A program made the translations under genes and the position numbers. A stretch of 64,000 nucleotides of DNA, taken from Macrostomum lignano. Its lineage: Eukaryota. The notes below the pieces were generated by a model. That model saw only the letters and a program-made list of their open reading frames with translations, did no database searches and was not told where the DNA came from. Shown piece by piece: positions 1 through 42,852 of the stretch (position 1 is the first letter of the stretch; each line of letters starts with the position of its first letter). Location: contig NIVC01001956.1 in assembly GCA_002269645.1 (NCBI GenBank), positions 22,663 to 86,662 of the forward strand. Direction: 5' to 3'.

Positions 1-612
1 ACAGGCACTCATTTTAGCGCCGCAGGCCCTCATTTTAGCGCCACAGGCACTCATTTTAGCGCCGCAGGCACTCATTTTAGCGCCGCAGGCACTCATCTTA
101 GCGCCGCAGTCACTCATTTTAGCGCCGCAGGCACTCATTTTAACGCCGCAGACACTCATTTTAGCGCCACAGGCACTCATTTTAGCGCCACAGGCACTCA
201 TTTTAGCGCCGCAGGCACTCGTGCGCTACAGGCATTCATTTTAGCGCCGCAGGCACTCATCTTAGCGCCGCAGTCACTCATTTTAGCGCCGCAGGCACTC
301 GTGCGCTACAGGCATTCATTTTAGCGCCGCAGGCACTCATCTTAGCGCCGCAGTCACTCATTTTAGCGCCGCAGGCACTCATTTTAGCGCCGCAGGCACT
401 CATCTTAGCGCCGCAGTCACTCATTTTAGCGCCGCAGGCACTCATTTTAGCGCTGCAGGCACTCATTTTAGCGCCGCAGGCACTCATCTTAGCGCCGCAG
501 GCACTCATTTTAGCGCCACAGGCACTCGTGCGCTACAGGCACTCATTTTAGCGCCGCAGGCACTCATCTTAGCGCCGCAGTCACTCTTTTTAGCGCCGCA
601 GGCACTCATTTT
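1..612. repeat. 21-bp minisatellite (CAGGCACTCATTTTAGCGCCG)n, truncated at the window edge
   Basis: Directly visible tandem units with minor variants. The 278..508 ORF (MSACGAK)n is a translation of the repeat. Confidence 0.95.
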
Positions 613-766
613 GGCGGCGCTATATTTTGGCGCCCTGAAGCAAAATTATTGATTTCCATAACGGGGCCCAAGGTGGGGTGGGGGGGGGGACAAAGCATTG
701 GCATGTCCCCCAGATCTTTTACTGGGGGGACATGTTCCCCCTGTCCCCCCGTTGGCGACGCCCCTG
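613..766. mobile_element. Probable end of a non-autonomous TIR element, terminus reading CAGGGGCGTCGCCA on the minus strand
   Basis: GC-rich G/C-run segment ending in TGGCGACGCCCCTG at 753-766. The partner TIR is not in the window. Confidence 0.3.
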
Positions 767-1312
767 ACTCCGGATATACAAAGCATAGTTAAAATGAACT
801 CTACGAGCGTACGTCAAGAATATTTCTATTCGCCTGAAATGCGCAACTGATCGAGTTTGTAGTGTGAGTCCTGTCAAAAATATGACGCTTTCGGCGGTCA
901 AAGTAGATCACAGGAACCTTAATTCAATCCGATCTATCTGCAAGCCTAATGTAATAACAGAGCGGTACCTGCGGACAGCAAAGAACGTCATCAAGAAGTG
1001 CCCCGAGACTGTACAAAGCATTGAATTGGCTATGTTGCACACTACCGAAACACCTTGATTGAAGAGATGCAGCTTTCGGTAAAAAACTGTGGTGTGATCT
1101 ACTACCAGCTACTTTTTAAGATCTACAATCGCGCGGTTCTCGTCCGCTTCGACAGCACCGGGAGGTCGACAGCACCGGGGACTCCAAGATCGAGATCCTT
1201 CTTTGTCCGCATTGAGACCAACCAGTTGTTGAGGTGAAACTGACGATTTCCCAGGCTTCGAAAAATCGGAGAGTTCCTTTCGACGACTCGACGACTATCT
1301 GCATCAAGACGG

Positions 1313-3337
1313 TGTAGGGCGTAGGCCGTGCGCTGCACTTTCTGCCCCACATTATTATTCATGACTCATTCTCTCGCCTAAACTTGTTTACCAATTCTCG
1401 ACCAATCGCGCATCGCTGCACCCCACCCCACAATATTGACTAATAAATATATTGAGTAAACAGAGCCATACAGAGGCCACCTTTTCGGCACGCAAACCCA
1501 GACTTCACATTGGCATCGCAAGCAGTCAGAATGTCTGTGCCTCTGCAGCTACCCCCGCCTAAGCAGTTTAACGAACAGGCAGAACAACACAATCTCTCAG
1601 CAAAGTGGGAGGAGTGGTCCGGCCGTTTCAAAAGGTTTGTCACAGCCAGTGGCATCACAAGTGCCGACCACGGCAAGCAGCTGGCGGACACATTCAAAGA
1701 GCTGAATAGAACTTGAAAGTCTCTTGACGATCTGATTGAGGCATTCAGGACTCACTACAGCGACAGGCACAACCCTGTGTTTGTCAGGTATGAATTCCGG
1801 CACTGCACGCAGCAAACTGGCGAGTCACTGGACGCCTGGACACAGCGCCTCTACGCAGCCGCCGATGGTTGCGAGTTCGGGTCCCAGCGCGACTTGCTCA
1901 TCCGAGACCAAATAGTGGCCGGCTGCAGATCCGCCCAGCTCCGGCGGACACTCCTGCAAACTCGCAACGTCAGCCTCAAGGACGCACTGCAGCAAGCAAG
2001 AGCCTTCGAGGCGGCGGAACTTCAGTCAGCAGCCATCGAAGCGCGAAACAACGAGACGATAAACTCGATCCATCGAAAACGCCACGGCCAAGAGTCCCGA
2101 TCGGAAGCCAAATGCATTCGGTGTGGAGAGCCGGGCCACCGCACGTGCGAACTGGCAAGAGGGAAAACCTGCCATAAATGCAACAAAATTGGACACCTGG
2201 CGAAGGCTTGCTTGTCCAGCCCCGGCGGTTTCGATGAGAAAGTGCACGTGGTATCGGCCCAGGGGTGAGCCGAGCCAGAGGACCTGGAGAGCAGCTGCGA
2301 GGTTTTCTGTCTTGAATCCCGAAGGAATCGCCTGCCGCGCGTCAGGGCGACCATCAGGAGCCGCAAAGCCGACCTTCTGATCGACAGCGGCGCCGGCTGC
2401 AACCTGATGAGCCTGCAGACCTTCTGGTCCATCGGAGGCAGGACAAGGGACCTCCAGGGATGCAAGCGTCGAGTACACCCGTTCGGCTCCAGGAAGCCGC
2501 TGGTCACGCTCGGGATGGCCAGGCTGCGGACCGCCGTTTACAACATCAGCGCCAGCATCAACTTCATCATCGTGAGGGAAGCGGCAACGACGATCATCGG
2601 GAGGGAGACGAGCGAAGAGCTGGGCATCCTGCGCATCGGGCCTCCGTCACGCAGCACATGCTTCCAGAGACACCACCAGCCAGGCCCCATGAGCCGAACA
2701 AGAGACCCATCTGATGGTCGGACAACGCTGCAGAGGGACAGGCGGGACCGGAGCGGAGCACTGGCGAATCGGGCTGGCAACTCTGGCCTCACAGGTGCGC
2801 CGTGGAGCAGCGTCAGACTGAGTGGCCAATTCAAATACGAGTAATGCGAATAATTTGCACCGGCTATTGATTGGTTTCAATTTTCAAGTTTTCAGTACAT
2901 TCGATTCATTGCTGCAGAACTTAGCAACCTACATGTAGCTCAATGCACCCAAGCTTCACTGGATTAAACATTGTACTTTCGCCACAATTTTGATAATCTC
3001 GACTGTCGACTACTCGCATGCTCGAATTCTAAAATTATTGTTTTTTTTCTCCCTGATTGAATGCTCGCTTGTTTTAATGTAGTGAGATTTGACTTAGTTT
3101 TGTTTTTATCTCCCTGAATTTTTATTCACCTGGGGAAGGATGTAGGGCGTAGGCCGTGCGCTGCACTTTCTGCCCCACATTATTATTCATGACTCATTCT
3201 CTCGCCTAAACTTGTTTACCAATTCTCGACCAATCGCGCATCGCTGCACCCCACCCCACAATATTGACTAATAAATATATTGAGTAAACAGAGCCATACA
3301 GAGGCCACCTTTTCGGCACGCAAACCCAGACTTCACA
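1313..3337 (+). mobile_element. Non-autonomous Ty3/Gypsy-type LTR retroelement (gag + aspartic protease only, 2025 bp)
   Basis: Two identical 197-bp LTRs (1313-1509 and 3141-3337, TG...CA). 5-bp TSD GACGG at 1308-1312 and 3338-3342. PBS-like TGGCATCGCAAG just after the 5' LTR and PPT GGGGAAGGA at 3132-3140. No RT, RNaseH or integrase motifs inside. Confidence 0.95.
1531..2844 (+). pseudogene. Interrupted gag-protease reading frame of the LTR element
   Basis: One frame throughout, broken by TGA at 1714-1716 and 2266-2268. Gag motifs: WEEWSGRFKRF, YEFRHCTQQTGESLDAW, IRDQIVAG, zinc knuckles CIRCGEPGHRTC and CHKCNKIGHLAKAC. Protease LLIDSGAGCNLM lies just upstream of the 2407 ORF start. Confidence 0.85.
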
Positions 3338-4713
3338 GACGGATGGACCAGCTAGCCTGTCTCGGTGCACCCGGTAACTATATTTGACTCACTAAACTTT
3401 GCATACGCGGTCAGTTTATCATAAGCCATAAAGCCAATCCGAGGCCGTGTTTGTTGATTTTTCGAGAGGAGCGACTAGCTACGCTCGTACATGTAAACCT
3501 CACGTGTAGAGTACAATCTTTTTAGCTTGTACTCGTATTGAGTAAGGCATATATATTACAAAACTTTCCCGAATTTTTGGTCGTGAGCAGCGCCATTCAT
3601 GCAATATATAGTCTGCTTCATCGAGCTGAATAAAAAACTAGGACATAATGAATTAAGCTGCTCATTTCCACTGTTTCCCATTCTCGACTATATCGATGCT
3701 TGCAGGTATTATTATTTTTCGAACCTTACATGTACATGTAGCTCGTACCTGAATGCTACCTGCTAGAATTAGCAACGGACACAAAAGAGTAGATACTCGT
3801 AATAACAAAATATAGTTTAAAAGCTCCTATTGTACTGGGTAAGCCTTTCAAATTACCCCAGTAGCAACAAGTTCAAGACAGGAAATTTTAGATTTTTAAA
3901 GAACGCTCAGAAAAAAATTCAAGTTTAGATCCAGCCCCCCATTACGAAATCCATCAATACTAAATTGAAGCAAGCAATGATTTTGCTAGAGTGAGAAAAC
4001 GACTGGGTGAAGTTAATAAAAAGATGGCTTAATTACTTGTCAATGCGTACATTAATTTAGAAGAATCAAAGCTTGAAAATTTCGAAACTTTATAAACAAA
4101 ACTGGTCAATACGAGTAACTTAGCTTTAAATAAAACACATGTACACAATTACATGTTAAAGTCCATAGAAAGGTATAAAAACGTGCAAGTGTTTAACATC
4201 AAATCATTTGCTACGAGCGTACTATTATGTGATACAATAAGTGAAATCTACAAGTTATACCTATAAACGTATTATTAACAAAATTTTAGGTGGGGGCTGG
4301 AGGTCTAAGAAACGAACCGATCAAGGGTAGCAAAAGGGTAATTCTTAAACTAAAATGAGTTGCATAAAATAAACAAAAATAAACAAATTTGCAGTCATAT
4401 ATATCTTGCCATGTGCCAACTTGGTATCAAAGTTTTAAGATTTAGAAAAAATTAAACTGACCTGTGTAGAGTAGGTACGCACAAAATTCTATATAAAAGC
4501 ACACAGCAGTTTTAACAAAAATAAATTCAGCGGCGCTTTTTAATTCAGTACAGGATTCTGCCAAATAAAAGTGAACATTGTTCTTTGAATGTGTGAAGAT
4601 ACGGCTACGAAAGGTGCGCACACAGCGCAGGAAGTTTTGAACGTTTTTGTTTCGATCGCCTTAAGTCTAAAATTCTGCAATGAGTCTCCGTGAAGAGCTC
4701 TGCAGCCCAAATT

Positions 4714-34354
<29,641 letters not shown>

Positions 34355-36349
34355 TGTGAAGCTGTTGTTTGAAGCAGGAATATCCGTAGGATTTGTTATA
34401 AATAGCAAATTACACTGGGCTTGAAGGTTAACAATATCAGTCTGTAAGGAGATTATGAGACGGGATCATGCCTTATTTTCTTTCTAAATTTGCCAATTTC
34501 CAGGTCCGGGACGTATTCGATTAGGCACGCTCAGCCGCAGCAAGGAAGTCAGACTTTGCCAGGCAAAGAAACTAAAAAAGGGGAAATTTATCCCCACCAT
34601 CCCCGCCTGTCTTCCTTACCCGAGTTATCGTTGAGAGAAGCCCGAGGAGAGGAGCTGGAAAGGCGTGAGAGCCGGACGCCCGATGATCGGCGAGGAAGTG
34701 AAGGCCTCAGCCAATCGCGGCTCGGGGGATCCCAGCAGCTCACTGCAGGCGTGTGTGTACTATCCAACTCCTTTCCCCAGCAATTCCTTATGTCTTCTGC
34801 TTTCTATCGCTTTCTTTAGTACCCCTCTTATCCGCCTTGCATTACTCGTCTTTCTTGCTCTTAGAATTTTATAAAGCCTGACTGACTAGTTTTTCGTCTC
34901 AGATTGATATTTTTACGATTGCATAATGCGATCCTATCGCATGATTCTGGTTCAATAGGTTTAAAACGCAAAATTTCATTTCTAAAGCTGGGAATATTCC
35001 AACTTCGACTGTGCGCTGCTTACAACTCGATCGAACTTTTATTGCCGACTTCCTTCGCCGGCCATAAAATATCCATGAAACTCTGGGGAGATCCGCATGC
35101 TGACGCTACGAAAATATCGAATGTTGATACGAGCGTTTCTCATTTGCTAAGTGAAAGACTGCAACTGGTGTTCACAAAGAGAACTAAAGAAAATATTTGA
35201 ATATAACAACAAAAACGCACCACGAGAGGCCACAGAATGGGGAGGTGTAAGAACGCACCCGTGGGCCGCACTCCTAAAGAAGTCATCTCCAGCGTGCAAG
35301 ATTGATTTTGTCTATGGTTAAAATGTGGGGGCTTCGCCCCCACGCCCCCAGCGGGGGCTCTGCCCCCGCACCCCCGCTAGCAGCGGGTAATGTCTATAGT
35401 AATATCAATTATAACCTTTTTTGGGCAGAATGTAAAATGAAAGAATCAAATAAGAATGAGATTCATGCACGCCAACTCGTGCGTCTATGGCAAAGAGCAC
35501 TCGTGCGCTTCGCGCACTCGTGCTTTTGCCAATGACGCACTCGTTAGCGTTCAAGAATCCTAGCAGCTCCCCCAGTCAGGGCCAGAACGGGGGGGAGTCG
35601 ATCGCGCATCGTTCGCCCTTGGCCTCCGCGGGCCCTGCGCCGTCCACAACAGCAGGTCGTGTAACGGCTGGCGGCAGGGACTTTCCGACCGGATGACGTG
35701 GCCAGCCAGCCTGAGTGAATCCTGACGAACTTTGAACTTCGCTGGGAGAACTTTGTGATCGTGATAAAAGCTTCGATATATTATTTAGTCCAACAAATTT
35801 CTTAAGTCGAGAATAACAATGCTTAAATATTTAACATCATTGAAGATTTCGGGTGTTAAAGTTGGACACAATATTTAAGGGAATGAATCAGCAAGGCATA
35901 AGTAGATAAATTAGTCAAGTACACAAATGATGACAAAAATCTAAAGTCAGTCCGAAAGTATCAAACCTACGAACGCTGCACGGGCTCAGAGCAGAATGTA
36001 CAGTGTGGAATAAAAGTGTACTCAAATATTAACTTAAAGTAAAAGTCCAAAACAACAAGCTCAGCAGTCACTTTGAACTTAATTTATTGAACTTTAATTT
36101 GTACTTCCAGTTGTTGGTATTTTCTTCTAAATAGCAATAGAAAGCAGGAACAAGACGATTTGTTGAGGTCCAAACCAGAGACCTGCGACTAGTGTTTTTT
36201 CTAATTTCCTGGAGGAGGCGTAATTAAAGGATTCAAATAAGAATTTCATTCTTTTTTTTATCAAATTTAGCTCTGACTAGCAATCCAGCCCGTCTGGGGA
36301 GAGCAAAAAGGAAATGAAAATGTTGCTAAAATATTAAAGAATAGACCCA

Positions 36350-36590
36350 TGCTTCCAGTAAGCCTTGGCATATCAACAATTCCCCTTAAGCCTTGACATC
36401 CCAGCAATTCCCCCCGTAGGCCTTAACATCTCAGCAATTCTCCCCGTAAGCCTCGACGTCTTAGCAATTCCCCCAATAAGCCATGACATCTTAGAAATTT
36501 TCCCACTAAGCCTTGAAGTCTGAGCTTTTCCCTATAAGCCTTGACATCCCAGCAATTCCTCCCATTAGCCTCGATGTCTCAGCAATTCCC
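36350..36590. repeat. Degenerate ~29-30-bp tandem repeat (CAGCAATTCCCC..TAAGCCTTGACAT)
   Basis: About 8 imperfect copies overlapping the 3' end of ankyrin copy 1. Confidence 0.75.
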
Positions 36591-37780
36591 CCAGCTGTAA
36601 GCTCCAGAGATGCCGGATTCTGCTGGCTCGCCCTCAGCTGAGCGATGCGGTGGCTCAGGTAGTCCACCGGTCCTGGCAACTAGGCCTACCGGTATGAGAT
36701 CGGAGTCATTCCGCCTCTTCACGCTGTCAATGAGCCCTTGAACCATATGGATAGAAGCCGCTGATTCCAGACAGTCCGACAAGGCATAATGCAAGTGGTT
36801 TAACCGCTCGCTCGAGCAGAGACAGAGTTGAGTAGGCGCTGCATCAAAGTCGATTAGCAACGAGATTAAGTCGGCCCGACGCATTTGCAGGCACAAAAAC
36901 AAAGGCGTCTGCAAAATTTAATTTTTCATTGCCTTTAATTCCCTGAAGACAAACTAATTCCTTTTCTTCTTTCGCTTATTTACCGTAAAAGCGGGTTGAA
37001 ATAAGCTTCTTGAATGCTCGGCAGTTTTAATAAGAACAGGAAGGGAAACTCACTTGCCCAAGCACATTGACCAGATTCACTGTGGGCATCAGGTTTTCAC
37101 GCCAAATCAATTCACAAAGCAGACTTTCTATTGAGTGTCTTGACTGCTTTTGCAACAAAGCGATGTGAAGCGGTCTGAAATGAAAATAAAAGAATTAAAA
37201 GAAACGATATAAACCTATTGAAGCAACTCAATTTTGACAATCCAACAAAGTTTTAAACAGGAACAACAACGCAGCATAAAATTAGACTCGGAGCTTGGTT
37301 GCCTTCTGATGCAGAAATCATGAGAACGCCTGTCGAACTACATGTACCTGCTAACGACGCATCTATCCCGGCATCGCCGTTGAAATAAACGCTCGACAGA
37401 CTGCAAGCTCCCCTAGTTAACACCCTGAAGTGCTGCAACCGCACCTGTTGCTGCCGATCCTCTCCACTCCGTTGCAAGATTTTCGGCGTCATGCCACCGT
37501 AGCGGCAGCTCACTGGGTTACTCGGGTTCGAGGTGTACTCGTAGTTCGGCTGCGCGTGCTGCTGCAAGCCCGAAGCTGAAGCTATCCAGCCAGCCTGCAT
37601 AGGCTGCGAACACCCAGTTGAGTTCCTCTGCTTTCTTGCTCGCTGCTTTGGATCCTGCTTACCTTTTGACAGGATTTCTTCCTCTTCGATGGGGTTGTCT
37701 TCATTTGAAGTTGGCCTTTCGTCTATAGCATGTCCAGTTTCTAGTATTGACGTTGGATCGTCGACTGCCTTATCTGACAT
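36579..37780 (-). pseudogene. Ankyrin-repeat gene copy 1 (IkappaB-like), disrupted
   Basis: Exons 37215-37780, 37054-37174 (121 nt, PLHIALLQ...NLVNVLGQ) and 36908 downward (TPLFLCLQMRRADLISLLIDFDA). In-frame TAA at 37253-37255, plus a frameshifting deletion near 36670 relative to copy 2. Confidence 0.75.
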
Positions 37781-37837
37781 GGTCAGTGTAAGTTTTCTAT
37801 GCTATACCTGTCTCTGATTACGTTTTGTGGCACTTAT

Positions 37838-38312
37838 CTGTGGGACGTATGTTCTGTGGGGCGTATGTTCTGTGGGGCATGTTCTATGGGCGTATGTTCT
37901 ATGGGCCGTATGTTCTATGCGTATGTTCTATGGGGCGTATGTTCTATGGGGCGTATGTTCTATGGGGCGTGTATGTTCTATGGGCCGTATGTTCTATGGG
38001 GCGTATGTTCTATGGGCCGTATGTTCTATGGGCCGTATGTTCTATGGGCTATGGGGCGTATGTTCTATGGGGCGTATGTTTTATGGGCCGTGTGTTCTAT
38101 GGGCCGTGTGTTCTATGGGCCGTATGTTCTATGGGCCGCATGTTCTATGGGCGTATGTTCTATGGGGCGTCTGTTCTATGGGCCGTATGTTCTATAGGGC
38201 GTATGTTCTATGGGGCGTATGTTCTATGGGGCGTATGTTCTATGGGCCGTATGTTCTATGGGCCGTATGTTCTATGGGCCGTATGTTCTATGGGCCGTAT
38301 GTTCTGTGGGGG
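37838..38312. repeat. 16-17-bp minisatellite (GGGCCGTATGTTCTAT)n
   Basis: Directly visible. The overlapping VCSMGRMF/YVLW ORFs are repeat translations. Confidence 0.95.
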
Positions 38313-40347
38313 CGAATGTTCTCTGGTAAGAATAAAATCTTTGCTTCAAATTTAATACTAGACGAATCACACTTTATCTATGATAAATCTTTTATTTCAG
38401 TTTTGACAAACTCCGCGGGTAGGAAAGATGATGAAAGAAGCATGAACTTATGCAGCAACAGTTTAAACTAAGATCTAAATATTTGCGCTCGTGATGTACA
38501 GTGTTATTCTGCAAAAACATTCTTAGCCGAGAAAACCACTGAAATGTTGACGAAGTTTGAATTCTGATAAAAATCTTTCGCTTTTAAAGAAAATAGTACC
38601 AACCTGCGCACCTACTGTTAGGGAGGCAATAAAGAAAAGATTTTGACCTTGTGCTGTCACTTTTGTAGTTCTTGATAAGAAAAAAAATGTTCAGAGCAAA
38701 AAGCATCAGCCCTAAAAGCCAACTATCTAGCCTAATATATGAGCACCCCTTTTGAGCTTTGGCATAAAAGTCTCCCTTTAATCCATAGCTTAACTCTGAC
38801 TGCCCTGACGCTTGGCCTACCAAAAACTGCCAATTGACTCTTGGCATCTTCAAACCCCCTCTCCCTATGAGCAACAGCACTTCAGTGATTCCCTCAATGA
38901 GCAAGAATTCGGACAATACAATAATCTGTAATTATTCACAACCGTCACAAGTGTTTCATTGAGCCAGTTTCCAATTTACAAGACCCTCACGGCACGGCAG
39001 AGGATACAGAGTTTTACACAATTACTCTACGAGTAGAAGGTGGAGACGTATTGGAAACTTCTGGAAAAATTCATCTAGGTCATGACACAAGCCACAATGC
39101 AACTTGCCCTAAAGCTTAAGATATGCGATTTTCACTATCGTTACTTCGAAAAAAATAATTATTCGCCAGCTTTTCGTACTTTTCTTTATTTTGTTAATTA
39201 GCTCACCTCAAATAATATCATAAAACATAAAAATCAGCACTTTCGGCGTGCACAACTAGTTATGAATATGATGATTATGAATATGTTACTAAAATAATAA
39301 CATTGAACATTGATATAAGCTCATTCTCTATGCGGCAGAAAAGTTCAAAGAAGGACTTTGTTAAAAATACTTTGTTGTTTGAAACGAATCCGGCCTCTTT
39401 GGGTGTAAAGTGCGTTACGTAACGTTGCACAGCAGTGTCAATTTAAAATCAAACAGATTGTTAAACACCCGCTATGTAGCGAAGGTTCATGGGAATAGTG
39501 CATCTTCTAAGTTCCAACTTCCTTATGTGTGCATAGAATTACCAAGCAGGGCACCCTCGTGCAGTGAAATGGATGGCCCCAATAAGGTAGGAGTAAACAG
39601 CCCTGAGTCTATGTGCAGGCCTCATCCAACCAGCGCAACATACCCTATATTTAGTGTGTCAGTCTTCGGGGAATAATGCCTGCATCTAGCTCAACCTGAA
39701 ACGTCTGCAAGGAGAGGCCGGTTCAAATTACCCACTGGTAGCTTCGCGGGTCAATCCTGCTCAAATCAGTATTGAAAGTCTTCGTGAACTAACTGTAAAT
39801 TGATTTGAACAATCTCAGCTCAGTAATCCAAGCTACTAGCGGCATTACCGGGTAATTAAGTAGGCTTAAAGCAGAATTTAAAATAAGATATATTTCAATA
39901 GCGATGATTAATTACAGGAAGAAATAAGGTGACTATTATACGAGCTAATCATTACAATTTTAAGTGCCATGTTACAGTTCTTATAATAGTCGATATACAG
40001 AATAATGTAATAACGCTGAGTCAATGACAGATACTATAGTAATAACAGTACAAAAGCCGAAAACGAGTATTAGAAAATGACTGCAGCCGTACATTAGTAT
40101 TCTAGCATAATAAATATTACTAAATCCTTGAGTAGGCAGTACAATTTTACAAATTCAATAACTCAAACTTAATTGTTAGATTGATATACTTTCGTACCTT
40201 TCCTGTAAAGTATAATGCTTATAAAACGATTTTCAATATTAATATCAGATAGCCAAAGTATTAAGGATCTCGTGTTGAACACTGATTCACTGCAAAGAAA
40301 CAAAAGTGCTGCTGGCTTATTACAGCAGAGCTGATGCAGCAGTTTTT

Positions 40348-41672
40348 TCAGCCGTTCTGCGGCCCGGGAACCAGCCGCGGCATCACGCTGCAAACGAGGC
40401 TCTTCAGCCCCTGCATGTGCGACAGCAACTCTACTGAGGCCGCGTCCTGACGGCTGGCGTTCAGCTTGTAAATGATGTTGTTCAGGTAGTCCAGCGGCGT
40501 CCTGTTATTCAGATCCTTGGCCAGGAGGCCCAGCAGGTCTGACTGATGTCGCGCGCTCACACCGCTGATGAGGCTGCACACCATCTGGACAGATGGAACC
40601 GAGTCCAAACACTTTGAGAAGGCGTAGTGGAAGTGGTTGGTTCGGTGGCTTGCAGGACCGCAGAGCTGGGCGGGAGCGGCATCGAAGTCGATCAGCAGCG
40701 GGATCAGGTCGGAACGGCGCATTTTCAGGCACAGTGACAGCGGAGTCTGCAAATTTGATACCAAAGAGTAACACTGCTTAATGACGCATTGCAAAAACGT
40801 TCAGAATGCAAGGTAGCAGCAGAGAACTCACCTGACCATTAACATTAACCAAGTTAATTATTGGCACCAGATTCTCCCGGCAGTTGAGATCGCAAAGCAA
40901 ATTTTCAAATTCTTCTCTTGGCTTATTTTGCAACACGGCATTGTGAAGCTGTCTGTAATGTGAATTGTTGCAAGTTGTCTTGCGTGTTGTTTTCTGTAAG
41001 ACATTAACGATGGCTTCTACTCTTGAGGCTTATTACGAGCATTTGAAGAAAAATATACTAAAATTGATAGCAGTCTAAGGAGTCGATTGGCCGCTAAACA
41101 CTCTTTTCCCCGAGAACTCACGAATTAAGTTTCTCATCAGCGAGAGTTCGCTTTAGCTTGTTAAGCAGAGCCATGCGAGTGTCGGCTGATAAGATGAAAT
41201 TTCTGTTGGATGCTGACGGCCCTGGGGCAGCAGTTGCAGCTGACTGTTCTGGTAAGGCTGCCGCCTGCGCTGGCGCTTGCGACTGCGGGACATGGTTGGT
41301 GGCTCCCGCGGAGCTGTCGCTCAATGATCCATCGAGTAAATCCTCAATGTTGAAGCTCTCCAGCCGGCTATCGAAGCTCTGAGATAGCGCCGGAGATTGC
41401 GCGGCTTGGTACTCTGTGCTGGTGCGATAGAACGCCTGCTGCACCAGGTTGCCGGACTGCTGTGACACTGACGCGGAGGCTCCAGCGCTCTGCGGTGTGG
41501 ACTGCGCCGACTGTCTCGACCGCTTTTGAGGAACGTCTTTGCCTTTGAAGTAAACTGTTTCCTTGTATGTTTCTTCACTTGGTCCAGCGCCGCCGCTTTC
41601 GCCTGAAATTTGCAGCTCACCAATTCCAGACTCGAGCTTTGATATTGGAGATTCCACAGTATTGTCAGACAT
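40348..41672 (-). CDS. Ankyrin-repeat protein copy 2 (IkappaB/Bcl-3-like repeats, low-complexity N-terminus), intact, 356 aa
   Basis: Exons 41122-41672, 40832-40952 and 40348-40746 join in frame: LADEKLNS-QLHNAVLQ...INLVNVNGQ-TPLSLCLKMRRSDLIPLLIDFDA...KDLNNRTPLDY. Confidence 0.82.
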
Positions 41673-41821
41673 TTTTTTATCAGCTTCCTTCTTTGCCGCA
41701 GACGAATTAATTCAACTTCTTTATAAACACTACGCTCGTGTATTCGAGTGCTGCCTTGGCTTGCTTTTAAGTGTTTATGAGGGTAGATTGTCAGAGGGTA
41801 GGTCTGGGGTAGAGAGAGAAC

Positions 41822-42852
41822 CGAGTGTACATTCAATTTCTTGTAATTTCTAGCACAAGACGGAGTGCATTCATTACTCTGAATTCACTCTGCAGTACAA
41901 ATGAAGCTGCGAGTGTGCACAATAATGCTCCATTTCTAGCAGCATCCATGTTAGTTTGTTACACAGTACTCAACGATACTACCGATTGCCGATTGAGTTT
42001 TTCAGTATGCAAGCTGCAAATGTTTGCATTGCTTCGAATACACGGAATTTGCGTCGCAATTTCCGGCAAATTGGGCAGGTGCAAGGTTAGGGCTGTGCGG
42101 CTTGTAAATAAAGGACGAACTTTCTACTCGGATGCACACGCAGTGTCAACTATTGAAATAGCATATTAGCTGCTACTTCTTAAGAAGTTTAAAGTAGTAT
42201 GTTGCGACATCGAATTTGAAAATGTGTTCTAAAGATTCCATTTAGCGTCGTGTCGAGTTGGCAGGACGTTTTGCTATGAAGGCGTCCAAACTATTGCAGC
42301 AGACTTGATGGTCACTTTTCAAAAAGAGATCGCGTGAACAGCGCATTGGAAATTCACTTATACCGAAAGTCTTACTGAACACATCGCGACTTTTTATTTA
42401 CTCTCGTTTGGCTCTCACAGAGATGCTGCAAATTTAAATGCAGAGACTATTAGTTAGTCAAAAAAATTCGACATTAATCAACATTATCGTTTTGATTCTT
42501 TTAAACTTCCAGTAAACTACCATAATTAAGAAAGAATAAAACGATAAAATTCAACTTTCCTTAGACTTACGAGTTAAAATTCTCATCAGCTAGCTGCCTC
42601 ACTTGTGCTGCAGATTTCTTCGGCACATTCTGGTTTGTTGGCGGAGTTTCCGGTTGGTGAAGTGTACGTTTCCGGTGCTTCCTGGCGTCGGGCCTCCCCA
42701 GTTCTGCATTGGCTGTATGACGCGGTGGTTGCTGCTGGCCTGACTCGCCTGCCACCGCAGTGTACTTCACAGGGAACCCGGCGAACTTGACTTTGACAAT
42801 GTCCGCAGGTTGGTTGAATCGATTGACTCCTACTGTCACTTCTTTGTGACAT
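41822..42852 (-). pseudogene. Ankyrin-repeat gene remnant (copy 4): orphan first exon plus decayed middle exon
   Basis: Exon 42571-42852 starts ATGTCA and ends LADENFN-tc|GTAAG (phase 2, as in the paralogs), but start and end are out of frame. A frameshifted QLH..VLQS remnant lies at ~41822-41909. No third exon found. Confidence 0.55.

Noticed and set aside
1714-2268. In-frame TGA codons as selenocysteine
   Set aside because: They lie in a retroelement gag at non-Cys positions, and no SECIS-like element was identified.
37799-38471. Cys/Met-rich ORFs up to 214 aa
   Set aside because: All three frames are open because of a stop-free 16-17-bp repeat; no domain or signal peptide.
38584-38916. 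110-aa minus-strand ORF as a fifth ankyrin paralog or a NUMT
   Set aside because: No ATG start in the family context, no DE..N/LH.A/TPL motifs, and no recognisable mitochondrial protein motif.
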